In this document: positions 18,694 through 29,225 of the stretch, piece by piece | Position numbering within the stretch: the stretch's first letter is position 1 | Layout: each line of letters starts with the position of its first letter | Assembly (NCBI GenBank): GCA_000175855.1 | Contig: ACYB01000004.1 | Coordinates: 60,001 to 92,000, forward strand | Direction of reading: 5' to 3' | Source: Raphidiopsis brookii D9 | Lineage (GTDB): Bacteria > Cyanobacteriota > Cyanobacteriia > Cyanobacteriales > Nostocaceae | Length of the DNA stretch: 32,000 nucleotides | Notes under the pieces: model-generated | The model's database searches: none | Told to the model about the DNA's origin: nothing | What the model saw: the letters and a program-made list of their open reading frames with translations, nothing else | Position numbers and translations under genes: made by a program

Positions 18694-19017
18694 ATGAGAC
18701 TATCTGAACTAGATCCACTCATACCGCTAAATGAGTTGAGAGAAGAACTGCTGAAATTACCAAAAGGCTACTCTTTTTACGAAGATGAGTTGGTAGGATT
18801 TCTATCAAAACGTAGATGGCCTGATACGGAACGTCGAATTGATAGAACGACATTTTGGCGGTGGCGTAATGACAATGGAATTGAACATCAAAAAGTATTC
18901 AGTCGCTTGGATGTTCTCAAATTGTGTCAAATTTGTGATCACTATCGTGTTGATGGAACTCGCAATGAATACCTGGCACTTATGAAAAAGAAAAAGGAAC
19001 TAATGCTCAACAAATAA
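18694..19017 (+). CDS. Small conserved-looking protein with HTH-like segment, upstream of devBCA-like genes
   Basis: 107 aa. The segment YSFYEDELVGFLSKRRWPDTERRIDRTTFWRWRNDNG resembles a winged or MerR-like DNA-recognition region. It sits in an otherwise non-coding 1.2 kb interval. Confidence 0.6.
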   Translation: MRLSELDPLIPLNELREELLKLPKGYSFYEDELVGFLSKRRWPDTERRIDRTTFWRWRNDNGIEHQKVFSRLDVLKLCQICDHYRVDGTRNEYLALMKKKKELMLNK

Positions 19018-19256
19018 TTGGAACTGATTCAAATTCTAGGTGTATATAGCTAAGGAATAGATGAAAATACATCCATCTTCCTAGCTATATCTAGAAACTC
19101 CATCTTGCTTGTTAAATAAAATTCAGCATATCACGCCATATCAATTGTAGTTATCAAAAGAATGCTATCTACCGCCGTATTATAAGTAGCTTGTCTCAAA
19201 CCACAAGGTTAAAACTTGATTTAAGGGATAGTAAACGGATAACTAAAGGCATAATT

Positions 19257-20456
19257 ATGGTAGACAAAGAAAAGCATTTACTTGTCAATTTTAGAAGTTG
19301 GTTGTTAATTAGTTTAGCGACTACCACATTTATATCTACCCTACTCATATCTTTTCAAAGTATTTCAAATTTCCAGACTAAATCCCAATCCAAGGTGGCA
19401 ATTCCCATTAATACTCCCAGTCCAATAATTACTGGTGTTGCTGCTTTAGGAAGACTAGAACCCCAAGGAGAAATAATTCGCTTATCTGCTTCTAACTCTT
19501 TGGGAGGAGGTATAAGAATAGCAAAACTTCTGGTCAAAAAAGGCGATAAAATTCGTCAAGGTCAATTAATTGCCTTTTTGGACAATTATAGTCTTAATCT
19601 TGCAGCTTTAGAAAAGGCCAAAAGACAAGTAGAAGTAGCAAAAGCCAATCTAGAAAAAGTAGAAGCTGGAGCAAAACAGGGAGATATTTATGCCCAAAAA
19701 GCCACCATTGGGCGATTGGAAGCAGAATTGCGTGGTGAAACATCAGCACAAAAAGCCATAATTGCTAGATTGCAAGCTGAATTAAATAATGCACAAAGAG
19801 AAAATCAGAGATATGAAGATTTATATGAAAATGGAGCAGTTTCCGCTTCAAATGCAGAGAGTAAACGCCTAAGAAGAGACACTCTACAGCAACAAATAAA
19901 TGAAGCAAAAGCAGCACTAAATAGAACTCAACAAACTTTGCAAAAACAATTAAATGAAGCTCAATCAAGACTCAACAGCATTGTGGAAATTCGTCCTACT
20001 GATCTACAAGTAGCAAAAGCAGATCTGGCAAGTGCAAAAGCTTCAATTACCCAGGTTCAAGCGGAATTAGATTTAAGTATAATTCGTTCACCCATTGATG
20101 GACAAGTTTTAAAAATTAATGCTTGGCCAGGAGAAATAATTAGTAGTCAAGGTATTGCTGAATTAGGAAGAACTCAGCAAATGTATGTGGTAGCAGAAGT
20201 TTATGAGACTGATGTTAAAAAAGTAAAATTAGGACAATCTGTAGACATTACTGCTGATGCTTTTCCAGGGAAAATTCAAGGAACAGTTACAGATATTGGA
20301 TTGCAAGTTAATCAGCAAAATATCTTCAATAATCATCCGGGTGCTGATACAGACAACAAAATAGTTGATGTCAAAATTCGGATCAACAATCCCAAAGATA
20401 ACCAAAGGGTTGCAGATTTAACTAACCTACAGGTTCAGGTATGGATCAACATGTAA
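19257..20456 (+). CDS. devB: DevB-like periplasmic adaptor (HlyD family) of an ABC exporter
   Basis: N-terminal TM segment, GRLEPQGEIIRLSA, LLVKKGDKIRQGQLIAFLDN, long coiled coil, and IIRSPIDGQVLKINAWPGEII. The track start at 19191 is TTG; ATG at 19257 preceded by AAAGG looks more likely. Confidence 0.88.
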   Translation: MVDKEKHLLVNFRSWLLISLATTTFISTLLISFQSISNFQTKSQSKVAIPINTPSPIITGVAALGRLEPQGEIIRLSASNSLGGGIRIAKLLVKKGDKIRQGQLIAFLDNYSLNLAALEKAKRQVEVAKANLEKVEAGAKQGDIYAQKATIGRLEAELRGETSAQKAIIARLQAELNNAQRENQRYEDLYENGAVSASNAESKRLRRDTLQQQINEAKAALNRTQQTLQKQLNEAQSRLNSIVEIRPTDLQVAKADLASAKASITQVQAELDLSIIRSPIDGQVLKINAWPGEIISSQGIAELGRTQQMYVVAEVYETDVKKVKLGQSVDITADAFPGKIQGTVTDIGLQVNQQNIFNNHPGADTDNKIVDVKIRINNPKDNQRVADLTNLQVQVWINM

Positions 20457-20511
20457 TAGTTAAAAGTTAGGAGTCAATTCACATAACAACTTAAATTAAG
20501 AGGTCTTCAAA

Positions 20512-21684
20512 ATGATCCTAAATATTCCTCTGGCTTGGCTACAACTGGCTAAACAAAAAGTTCGTTTTCTTGTAGCTCTAGCGGGAATTTCTTTTGTTGC
20601 TGTTTTAATGTTTATGCAAATTGGGTTTCAAGATGCACTGTATGCTAGTGCCACACAATTGCATAAGAATATCGAAGGAGATTTATTTTTGATTAGTGCT
20701 CAATATAAATCCTTAACTTCTAACCAAAGTTTTCCTCGCAGTCGTTTATATCAAACCCTAGGTTTTAAGGATGTAGAGTCAGTGGATCCCCTATACGTAC
20801 AGTTTGCTAAGTTAAAAAATCCGGTAAATGGGCGGAAATATCCCATTTATGTGCTGGGATTTGATCCGGTTAAATCAATATTTAAGTTACCAGAAATACA
20901 ACAGGATTTTAAATTACTCCAAATACCAGATCGGGTATTTTTTGACCGTGCTGCTCGTCCAGAGTTTGGTCCAATTGCCCAACACTATAGCCAAAATAAA
21001 CCTGTCAGCATGGAGATATTCAGTTATCTAGGCTTAATAGGTTACAAAGTTAGGGTAAGTGGTTTATTTAGTCTTGGTCCATCTTTTGGGGTTGATGGGA
21101 ATTTAATTGTCAGTGATTCTACCTTCATGCGAGTGTTTCGAGAGCGCAATGCCAATCAAATAGATATAGGGTTAATTCACCTAAGACCTGGTGCTAATTC
21201 CCAAAGGGTATTAGGTGAACTATCAGCTAACTTACCCGAAGATGTGATGGTCATGAATCGTCGGGATTTTATCGAATTTGAAAAAAATTATTGGACTTTA
21301 AGAACACCCATCGGTTTTGTATTTAACTTGATGGTAATTATGGGTTTTGTCGTTGGTGTTATAGTTGTTTACCAAATTCTTTATAGTAATATATCCAGCC
21401 ATTTGATTGAATTTGCCACCCTCAAAGCCATGGGATTTAAAAATCAATATCTCCTAGGGGTTGTTTTTCAACAGGCTCTAATTTTAGCTGGTTTGGGATA
21501 CATTCCTGGATTTGCTATCTCCTTGGGACTTTACGACATAGCCAAAAATGCTACCCAATTACCTATTGTCATGGATGGTGATAAAGCATTTATTGTATTT
21601 ATTTCTGCTGTGGTTATGTGTTTAACTTCAGGTTTTTTCTCCACTAACAAATTACGCAAGTTAGATCCGGCTGATATTTTTTAA
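20512..21684 (+). CDS. devC: DevC-like ABC transporter permease (FtsX-like/MacB-type)
   Basis: Four hydrophobic segments, the first near the N-terminus and three C-terminal. Contains PLAWLQLAKQKVRFLVALAGISFVAVLMFMQIGFQDALY and a C-terminal FATLKAMGFKNQYLLGVVFQQALILAG. RBS-like AGAGG upstream. Confidence 0.9.
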   Translation: MILNIPLAWLQLAKQKVRFLVALAGISFVAVLMFMQIGFQDALYASATQLHKNIEGDLFLISAQYKSLTSNQSFPRSRLYQTLGFKDVESVDPLYVQFAKLKNPVNGRKYPIYVLGFDPVKSIFKLPEIQQDFKLLQIPDRVFFDRAARPEFGPIAQHYSQNKPVSMEIFSYLGLIGYKVRVSGLFSLGPSFGVDGNLIVSDSTFMRVFRERNANQIDIGLIHLRPGANSQRVLGELSANLPEDVMVMNRRDFIEFEKNYWTLRTPIGFVFNLMVIMGFVVGVIVVYQILYSNISSHLIEFATLKAMGFKNQYLLGVVFQQALILAGLGYIPGFAISLGLYDIAKNATQLPIVMDGDKAFIVFISAVVMCLTSGFFSTNKLRKLDPADIF

Positions 21685-21743
21685 AAACATTAACATCTCC
21701 TATTCTCACAGTTGTCTAAAGTTGTTTCCTAAGTCGGAGGAAT

Positions 21744-22436
21744 ATGAAAAGTTCAAACCCCATTATAGAAATCGAGGGCTTAAATCAGTATTTTGGTAAA
21801 CCCAAATTAAAGAACCAGATATTATTTGATATTAATTTAAGAATTGATGCTGGTGAAATTGTGATTATGACAGGTCCTTCTGGATCGGGAAAGACCACCC
21901 TACTAACCTTGATTGGTGGTTTACGTTCTGTTCAAGAAGGAAGTTTAAAATTTCTGGGAGAGGAATTATGTGGAGTTAGAAACGGGAAGTTAGTCCAAGT
22001 ACGTCGTCAAATAGGTTATATTTTTCAAGGACATAATTTATTAGACTTTTTAACAGCTAGAGAAAATGTACAAATGTCTTTGGAATTACAAACCTATATT
22101 CCTCAAGGTCAAGCTAAAATGCAATCCCAATCCATCCTTGAGTCCGTAAAATTAGGTAACAGGATTAATTATTATCCTGAGGATCTGTCGGGAGGACAAA
22201 AACAAAGAGTTGCTATCGCACGTGCTTTAGTTAGTCACCCTAAATTAGTTTTAGCAGACGAACCCACAGCAGCTTTAGATAGTAAATCTGGTCGAGATGT
22301 GGTCAATATTATGCAGGAATTAGCTAGGGAACAAAATTGTGCCATTTTAATTGTCACTCATGATAACCGTATTTTGGATATTGCTGACCGTACTATTCAA
22401 ATGGAAGATGGCAAACTTACCCAGTTAGAGAATTAG
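21744..22436 (+). CDS. devA: DevA-like ABC transporter ATPase
   Basis: Walker A GPSGSGKTTLLTLIGGL, signature LSGGQKQRVAIARAL, Walker B LVLADEPTAALD. GGAGG upstream of the start. Confidence 0.93.
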   Translation: MKSSNPIIEIEGLNQYFGKPKLKNQILFDINLRIDAGEIVIMTGPSGSGKTTLLTLIGGLRSVQEGSLKFLGEELCGVRNGKLVQVRRQIGYIFQGHNLLDFLTARENVQMSLELQTYIPQGQAKMQSQSILESVKLGNRINYYPEDLSGGQKQRVAIARALVSHPKLVLADEPTAALDSKSGRDVVNIMQELAREQNCAILIVTHDNRILDIADRTIQMEDGKLTQLEN

Positions 22437-23224
22437 GTGATGGGAGATTCAAAAGGAATTTCTTTAGCAGAGTTGAGATCTAAAAACAAACTGGCCTGTG
22501 GTTGATGACGTAAGATTGAAGCTGGACATTTGGGAGAAATATCACCATACAATAGCTCTTTGACTATTTTGGCTTTGCGGGTTTGTGGTGCTAAACACAT
22601 TATCTTTTTGGCTTTGCAAATCATGGGAATAGTTACAGTAAATGCGTATTGAGGCACACTCTCTAAATTAGGAAAATAGCCAGTTTTTACTTGCTGCTGA
22701 CGATTCATTTCATCCAGTTTGACTAGTTTCACTGGCGCTAAATCACCAAAGTTAGCCACATCGGGATCATTGAAGGCTAAATGTCCATTTTCTCCCACAC
22801 CTAGAAGACACAAGTCAATTGGTTGATTTGTGAGAAGTTTACCGTAACGCTCGCATTCGACAATTGGTTCTAGGGCGTTTCCTTCTATATATTCAAATTG
22901 TTGTGCCAATACCCTTTTTTCTACATTCTCTGTTAAATAATATCGGAAACTGGCGGGATTCTCTGGATTAATACCCAAATACTCATCTAGGTGAAATATG
23001 ATAACCCTTGACCAATCTATACCGCCAAGACTAATTAAATTATTTAGGAATTGTAGTTGTGATTTTCCTGTAGCTAATAACAAAGCGATTTTATCTCTTT
23101 GTTGTAAACACTCAACTAAATACTCCCTTGCTATTTTCCCAGCATCCCAAGCCATTTCTATTTCGGAACCATAAGTCCGTACTTGTAAATCATCTACTCG
23201 AAAGCATTTTATTGGCAGTGACAT
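22433..23224 (-). CDS. nagB: Glucosamine-6-phosphate deaminase / 6-phosphogluconolactonase family
   Basis: ALLLATGKSQLQFLNNL, VIIFHLDEYLGINPENPASFRYYL, LCLLGVGENGHLAFNDP. Confidence 0.88.
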   Translation of the reverse strand: MSLPIKCFRVDDLQVRTYGSEIEMAWDAGKIAREYLVECLQQRDKIALLLATGKSQLQFLNNLISLGGIDWSRVIIFHLDEYLGINPENPASFRYYLTENVEKRVLAQQFEYIEGNALEPIVECERYGKLLTNQPIDLCLLGVGENGHLAFNDPDVANFGDLAPVKLVKLDEMNRQQQVKTGYFPNLESVPQYAFTVTIPMICKAKKIMCLAPQTRKAKIVKELLYGDISPKCPASILRHQPQASLFLDLNSAKEIPFESPIT

Positions 23225-23336
23225 GGATTTAAATAACCTAGGTTCAAGAAAGGATAAAAGTCAACAAGCAAGCAGAAAACAGATCAAAAAAACTCAGTCT
23301 GGGAAATCCAGTGGTTTGCAATCCTTAATTATATCC

Positions 23337-23654
23337 CTATTGATTAATTGGCTTTTTAGTTTGCCAAACTTCCTCAAATTCTGCTTTGGAAATTTCGAAC
23401 TCTTCTATATTGTTATCATCTAATCTCTTGTCACAAAGCATTCCATAATCATCAGACAGATGACTTTTGTCATAGAACAAAACATTCCCATTTTCATATA
23501 CCTCTACTTGTCTAATAGCATATAAATCACTATCAATTTCCATAAAATATGTACTAGACCCCCAAGAATCATACTCACCCCCAAGGGACACATCCCATGA
23601 CCACTTGTAATACTTACCTGATTTTTGCAATGTAGACATACTATATGCAATCAC
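23337..23654 (-). CDS. Small hypothetical protein, DUF6881-like (family assignment tentative)
   Basis: 105 aa acidic protein. The pattern YFMEIDSDLYAIRQVEVYENGNVLFYD ... EFEISKAEFEEVW resembles the DUF6881 consensus as I recall it. Confidence 0.5.
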   Translation of the reverse strand: MIAYSMSTLQKSGKYYKWSWDVSLGGEYDSWGSSTYFMEIDSDLYAIRQVEVYENGNVLFYDKSHLSDDYGMLCDKRLDDNNIEEFEISKAEFEEVWQTKKPINQ

Positions 23655-23735
23655 TTACGTTGAATTTTCGACTTGGTTTTTATGGGTTACTATAACCTAG
23701 TATATACTCAGGAAGCAATTTCCCCTAAATACACA

Positions 23736-24465
23736 CTAATTCTCCTGGGGGAAATCATCCCAAAGACTAGTAATCTCTCGCAAACTTTGATGATTGCCAT
23801 TACCCAGTATCAAATGGTCTAATATGGGAATGTTTAACAGCTGTGCGCCTGATAACAACTGTCTGGTCAAATCTAAGTCCGCTTGACTAGGATCCAGATT
23901 ACCCGAAGGATGATTATGGGCAATTATCATACGTGTTGCACCATGTCGAATCACCTCTCGAAAAATGTCCCGGGGAGAAGCTAAGGTTTCAGTTGCAGTA
24001 CCAATGGTAATTATTTTCGTTCCTAAAAACCGATTTTTCACGTCTAATAGTAAAACTGCAAATTTTTCTTGACTTTGCCACATCAAATCCTGACTCAGGG
24101 TTGCTGCAGCTGCTATGGGACTGTCAATAATCGCTCCCTCCGCAGGACGAGATAAAAAACTCTTTTCCTAGTTCCACCGCAGCTAAAATCGATGTGGCCT
24201 TTGCAGATCCCACACCGTGAATTTCGGTCAACTGAGCTGGAGTAGCATCCCGCAAAGCAGCTAGGGGATCCCCTTGATCTCTTCCTAGTTCTTGTAGTAT
24301 GTGTTGACCCAACCCCACAGCTGATAGTTTACCAGGACCTTGTCCAGTTCCTAGTAGAATAGCAATCAGTTCCGCAGTAGCTAAAACCTTCGCCCCATGG
24401 GTAATTAGTCTTTCCCTCGGACGCTCATTTTCTGGTAAGTCACTTATTCTCAGACAATAGGTCAT
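23736..24465 (-). pseudogene. radC: radC (JAB/MPN domain DNA repair-associated protein), split by a single-base frameshift
   Basis: The N-terminal ORF (24124-24465: [26 protein letters not shown]) and C-terminal ORF (23736-24086: [37 protein letters not shown]) are collinear. The intervening bases in the second frame read [28 protein letters not shown], which reconnects them across the 6-nt A/T run at 24154-24159. Confidence 0.85.
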
Positions 24466-24610
24466 ATCAGTTATTGTACGGTTGTGTCACAAAAAATTAG
24501 GGCTATTTTACAACCTACTAACCTGAAATATCCTCGTCAGATTTTCTATAGTGAATCAATCAAATTTGCATCTCCTTTACTTGGATTATACGTAATGGTA
24601 TGGACAAGAC

Positions 24611-26662
24611 TTAATTTACTACATCCTGATACACTATTTCTTGAAACTGGATAATATCTTTTTGCGGATCCGCAAGAGCTACCTTGACTAATACTCTTTC
24701 ACCCAATTTTACAGAGCGCTTAAACATCATTGGTAGTTGTAAACCTAGATCCTCCAATAAAATCAATGCCAGATTACTATCTTCCCTTAACCACATCAAA
24801 ACTATCACCTCCCATACTTGTTCCAGATGGCGACGTAGGTATTCTAAGGCGTAGTATCTGTTAGTTTGCCGTTCTACCATGGTTAATTCTTGGGTGGTAC
24901 TGCTCACGGTCATCATCACTTCTCTGATTTGTTCAGCAGAAAAAGGTGGTTCTTCACCCCTTAAATGGGCTTTGAGTTGAAAGTGGGTGAGTAAGTCACT
25001 GTAACGACGAATAGGGGAAGTAGCCTGAGTATAAGTGTCTAATCCTAAACCTGCATGACGCAAGGGGGTAGTGCTCATCTCGCTTTTTGGCATACATCGA
25101 CGTAAAGCACAAAATCTCACAAACCCTGGAGGGAGTTGCAGCAATTCCTCTTCCGGTGGTAGTTCCGGTTGGGGTTGACCACGAAAGGGTAGGGGGATAT
25201 TATGGCTTTGAGCATAACGTGCTGCTACTTCTCCCGCTAAAATCATCATTTCCGCCACTAATTGTCGAGATGGGGACTCATCCAATATATCTATGCTGAT
25301 CTCATCATTTTTGACCTTGATCATCGCTTCTGGCATGGTAATACTGATTGCGCCCTGGTTGTTTCTCCAGGTTTTCCTTTTCTGTGCTAAACCGGCGATC
25401 GCCTGGATTTCTGGTTCTGCTTGCACTGCCAAATCTAGCATTTCATCCACATCCTCATAGGTTAGGCGATAGGTAGGTTTAATCACACAAGGATGAATAC
25501 TATACTCCGCAACTCCGCCACTATCATCTAGAATTACGCTGAAACTGAGGGAACAACAAAGCCTTCCCTGTATCAGACTCATGGGACCTGTGGCCAACAC
25601 TTCCGGAAACATGGGGATCATTCCTGTGGGTAGGTAAACCGTACTACCGCGTCTCCTGGCTTCTAGATCTAACTCATCTTCTGGTATTAACCACCGGGTG
25701 GGATCGGCAATATGTATCCAGACCCGTTGTCTTCCATCCTCCAGCAATTCACAACTTAAACCATCATCTATTTCCGTCGTGCTTTCATCATCAATAGTAT
25801 AGACTTTGAGATGCTTGAGGTCTAACCGGTTAACATCTAAATCCGCTGGTGGGGAATCCAAAATTTCTTGCGCCACTTCTAATATTTTGCTAGGGAACTG
25901 AACAGGAATTGAGGAACGACGCAGGAATAGGTTTTCATGGGGACTCCACCACCCTAAGTCGATCAGTAATTGCAAAGCTGCTGGGGGAGTTGCAGAACGT
26001 CCCAGCATATTCATAGTTTCTAATACGGGACCTGGAGGTGGATAGTTACGCACCAAAGATTCCGAATTTATCCCCATACGTATAATATCGGCTACTAGGA
26101 TAGCATATTTTTCCAGGGCATCTAAACGCTGACGGTCAGACTTTTGCCATTCTACCGTGTCACCCCTGAGTGACCGCTCTACTCGCAGTAAAAATTCCTG
26201 TTGTCCTTGGGCTTTTTGGGTTTCTACTTCTATCTGGTGTTTTCTTTCTGCTACCTGGGAAGCACTACGCGGTTCATAAACTTCTCCCTTTTGCTTGAAA
26301 AATAGTTTATCATCCGATAGTAAGCAATGGGCAGCATAACACTGATATGGTAAGCACTCAGAAAACAGTAGATTTGCCATTTGACCAGGAGTGACACTTT
26401 CTCCCTCAGCTACCAACAATTCCCAGGCCACCTCCAAACTTGATGGATCTAGGTACGGTACAACCTGATCCAAAAATTTGGGAATCTGTGTTGACTTATA
26501 ACCCTCTCCATTAACGATATAGGTTATTTGTCGGGGTGCCAGGCTGTGGGATTGACCCCGTTCATCTACCACAAACCAACGAGTCTTACCGTCTGGACGA
26601 TCTACCACTCCCAGTCGGCGATCGCCTTGAACCCTGAATTCAACTAGCGTCCCCTTTTCCAC
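24611..26662 (-). CDS. Ribonuclease II/R family exoribonuclease (RNB domain)
   Basis: RNB catalytic region TIDDESTTEIDDGLS, VWIHIADPTRWLI, CSLSFSVILDDSG, and TSPIRRYSDLLTHFQL. 683 aa. Confidence 0.93.
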   Translation of the reverse strand: MEKGTLVEFRVQGDRRLGVVDRPDGKTRWFVVDERGQSHSLAPRQITYIVNGEGYKSTQIPKFLDQVVPYLDPSSLEVAWELLVAEGESVTPGQMANLLFSECLPYQCYAAHCLLSDDKLFFKQKGEVYEPRSASQVAERKHQIEVETQKAQGQQEFLLRVERSLRGDTVEWQKSDRQRLDALEKYAILVADIIRMGINSESLVRNYPPPGPVLETMNMLGRSATPPAALQLLIDLGWWSPHENLFLRRSSIPVQFPSKILEVAQEILDSPPADLDVNRLDLKHLKVYTIDDESTTEIDDGLSCELLEDGRQRVWIHIADPTRWLIPEDELDLEARRRGSTVYLPTGMIPMFPEVLATGPMSLIQGRLCCSLSFSVILDDSGGVAEYSIHPCVIKPTYRLTYEDVDEMLDLAVQAEPEIQAIAGLAQKRKTWRNNQGAISITMPEAMIKVKNDEISIDILDESPSRQLVAEMMILAGEVAARYAQSHNIPLPFRGQPQPELPPEEELLQLPPGFVRFCALRRCMPKSEMSTTPLRHAGLGLDTYTQATSPIRRYSDLLTHFQLKAHLRGEEPPFSAEQIREVMMTVSSTTQELTMVERQTNRYYALEYLRRHLEQVWEVIVLMWLREDSNLALILLEDLGLQLPMMFKRSVKLGERVLVKVALADPQKDIIQFQEIVYQDVVN

Positions 26663-26952
26663 AACCCTCTAACTTTTTAGTAATTTTAAATTTTTTATCC
26701 TAACACTTAATCTCAGTTTGGCAATTTTAGTCTTGGGAGTTTTTAGTCACCCTGATAGTTTGCCACTGTTCTCGACGGTTCACTGCAACTTGCTACCTAG
26801 GTAGTCTTACAGTTGCTCCCCGTCTTTTTTAGATCGTGCTGATGATCTATGCCGACCATTTCTATCATTCTACATTGATCCACCCAAAATGACAAGCCAG
26901 GTTCCCAGGAAAAGCTTTTTTATATAGGATCCGGCTTGTATGGGAGAGCCTC

Positions 26953-27168
26953 TTACCCTTCAGCATTTATAAACGGTAAGAAGGCCAGAATGCGGGCTCG
27001 TTTAATTGCCAAGGTCAATTGCCTTTGTTGCTGCGATGTCAACCCAGTAATCCTTCTTGGTAGGATCTTACCACGTTCTGTCATGAATTTACGCAGTAAA
27101 TCAACATCTTTATAATCTATGGGTTCTCCTGGTTTAATAGGTGACAGACGACGACGATAATAGCTCAT
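26953..27168 (-). CDS. rpsR: 30S ribosomal protein S18
   Basis: [66 protein letters not shown]. Confidence 0.97.
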   Translation of the reverse strand: MSYYRRRLSPIKPGEPIDYKDVDLLRKFMTERGKILPRRITGLTSQQQRQLTLAIKRARILAFLPFINAEG

Positions 27169-27171
27169 TTT

Positions 27172-27366
27172 TTACTTAATTTCCTTGTGAACAGTATGCT
27201 TATTACAATGGGGGCAGAACTTTTTCAGCTCTAACCGACTGGTCGTATTCCGACGATTCTTGGTGCTAGTATAGCGAGAAACGCCTGGAGAACGCTTATC
27301 TGGATTTGTTCGACACTCGGTGCATTCTAGGGTCACTATTATGCGGGCACCTTTGCTCTTAGCCAT
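27172..27366 (-). CDS. rpmG: 50S ribosomal protein L33
   Basis: [19 protein letters not shown]...[37 protein letters not shown]. Three bases upstream of rpsR. Confidence 0.97.
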   Translation of the reverse strand: MAKSKGARIIVTLECTECRTNPDKRSPGVSRYTSTKNRRNTTSRLELKKFCPHCNKHTVHKEIK

Positions 27367-27626
27367 AATTTTACAAACAGTAAAGCCGGGAAGAATTTAA
27401 CACAAATAACTATCTTCTCACATATAGCCGCATTTTTTCAACTACTTGCTCAACTTTTTCCACAAATAGCCACAATGCTTAACTAATGTCTTTTCACATA
27501 TTAATTCCTTGCACCGGGTTTGTGGGAAATTTTTAAGGATTCACTCAACTTTGGAAAAAATATATGTTAGAGTCGGGAAATTGCACCAAGACCAAAAAAA
27601 TTATTGATTATTATTTATCTTAACCT

Positions 27627-29087
27627 ATGCCATCCATTCGCCAATTACACCAACAGCTAGTCAATAAAGAACGTTCCGCTATTGAAATTGCCCAATATTA
27701 CTTAGAACAAATTCACCTTTTAGAACCAAAACTACACAGTTTCTTGAAAATTACTGCGGAACACGCCTTAATACAAGCTGGTGATATAGATAAGAAGATC
27801 GCTACAGGGGAGGAAATCAGTATTTTGGCGGGCATACCCATTGGTGTGAAAGATAACCTATGTACCAAAGGGATTGTCACCACCTGCGGGTCAAAAATTC
27901 TGGAAGGGTTTATCCCCCCTTATGAGTCAACGGTAACTCAAAAGTTAAATCAGATGGGAGCAGTAACAGTAGGAAAGACTAATTTGGATGAGTTTGCCAT
28001 GGGGAGTTCTACGGAAAATTCCGCCTATCAAACCACTGCTAACCCTTGGGATATATCCACAGTTCCCGGTGGTTCCTCTGGAGGTTCAGCAGCAGCAGTA
28101 GCAGCAGCAGAATGTGTGGTATCCCTAGGTTCGGATACGGGAGGATCAATCCGTCAACCAGCTTCTTTTTGTGGGGTGGTAGGGATGAAACCTACTTATG
28201 GACTAGTTTCTCGCTACGGATTGGTTGCTTATGCTTCTTCTTTGGACCAAATAGGTCCTTTTGGTAGAACCGTAGAGGATGCAGCAATTTTATTAAATGC
28301 GATCGCCGGTTATGATCCTCAAGACTCCACCAGTTTAAAAGTGGCAATTCCTGATTACACCGCCAATTTAACCCCAGACTTAAAAGAGAAAAAACTCAAA
28401 GTCGGGGTAATTAAGGAAACCTGTGGTCAAGGTCTAGATGAAGAGGTTTCCTCAGCAGTCAACCAGGCGATCGCCCAATTAAAAGATTTAGGGGTGGAAA
28501 TCCAGGAAATCTCCTGTCCTCGTTTCCGCTATGGGGTTCCCAGTTACTATATCATCGCTCCGTCGGAAGCATCAGCCAACCTTGCTCGTTATGATGGTGT
28601 GAAATATGGGATTCGCGCCCAGGATCCGGATAATTTGTTATCTATGTATAACCGTACCCGTGCCATGGGATTTGGAGCGGAAGTGAAACGACGAATTATG
28701 ATTGGCACTTATGCTTTAAGTGCAGGTTACTATGATGCTTATTACTTAAAAGCCCAAAAGGTTCGTACCTTGATTAAGGAAGATTTTGAACAGGCATTTA
28801 CCAAAGTTGACGTTCTACTAACCCCCACAGCACCAACTACAGCATTTAAAGCCGGGGAAAAAATAACTGACCCTTTAAGTATGTATCTCAATGACCTAAT
28901 GACTATCCCTGTTAATCTAGCTGGATTGCCTGCAATTAGCGTCCCCTGTGGTTTTGACAGTAAGGGTTTACCCATTGGAATGCAATTAATTGGGAAGGTG
29001 CTAAGGGAAGACCAACTTTTTCAGCTGGCCTACGCCTATGAGCAGTCAAATAACTGGCATTCACAAATCCCTAAGATGTCGGAATAA
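27627..29087 (+). CDS. gatA: Aspartyl/glutamyl-tRNA(Asn/Gln) amidotransferase subunit A
   Basis: Amidase signature GIPIGVKDN...TTCGSKIL...[64 protein letters not shown]. Confidence 0.97.
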   Translation: MPSIRQLHQQLVNKERSAIEIAQYYLEQIHLLEPKLHSFLKITAEHALIQAGDIDKKIATGEEISILAGIPIGVKDNLCTKGIVTTCGSKILEGFIPPYESTVTQKLNQMGAVTVGKTNLDEFAMGSSTENSAYQTTANPWDISTVPGGSSGGSAAAVAAAECVVSLGSDTGGSIRQPASFCGVVGMKPTYGLVSRYGLVAYASSLDQIGPFGRTVEDAAILLNAIAGYDPQDSTSLKVAIPDYTANLTPDLKEKKLKVGVIKETCGQGLDEEVSSAVNQAIAQLKDLGVEIQEISCPRFRYGVPSYYIIAPSEASANLARYDGVKYGIRAQDPDNLLSMYNRTRAMGFGAEVKRRIMIGTYALSAGYYDAYYLKAQKVRTLIKEDFEQAFTKVDVLLTPTAPTTAFKAGEKITDPLSMYLNDLMTIPVNLAGLPAISVPCGFDSKGLPIGMQLIGKVLREDQLFQLAYAYEQSNNWHSQIPKMSE

Positions 29088-29225
29088 TTACATCTAAATC
29101 CCCCCAAGGGTGTTAATTGCACCAATGATAAATTTATGGATAAAAATCCTGATGTAACAATAAATCTCAGAATAGGCAAAATAGATAAAATTACTGTTCT
29201 CATCAAAAATTAAGAGCATCAAATC

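Noticed and set aside
23223-23423. 66-aa Lys-rich then hydrophobic ORF
   Set aside because: Considered as a possible small toxin partner of the DUF6881-like protein. It overlaps that gene antisense, its ATG is only the complement-side overlap of the nagB start, and toxin evidence is lacking.
28046-28267. 73-aa ORF within gatA
   Set aside because: Out-of-frame reading of the Ser/Gly/Ala-rich amidase signature of gatA (SSSSSSSS artefact).
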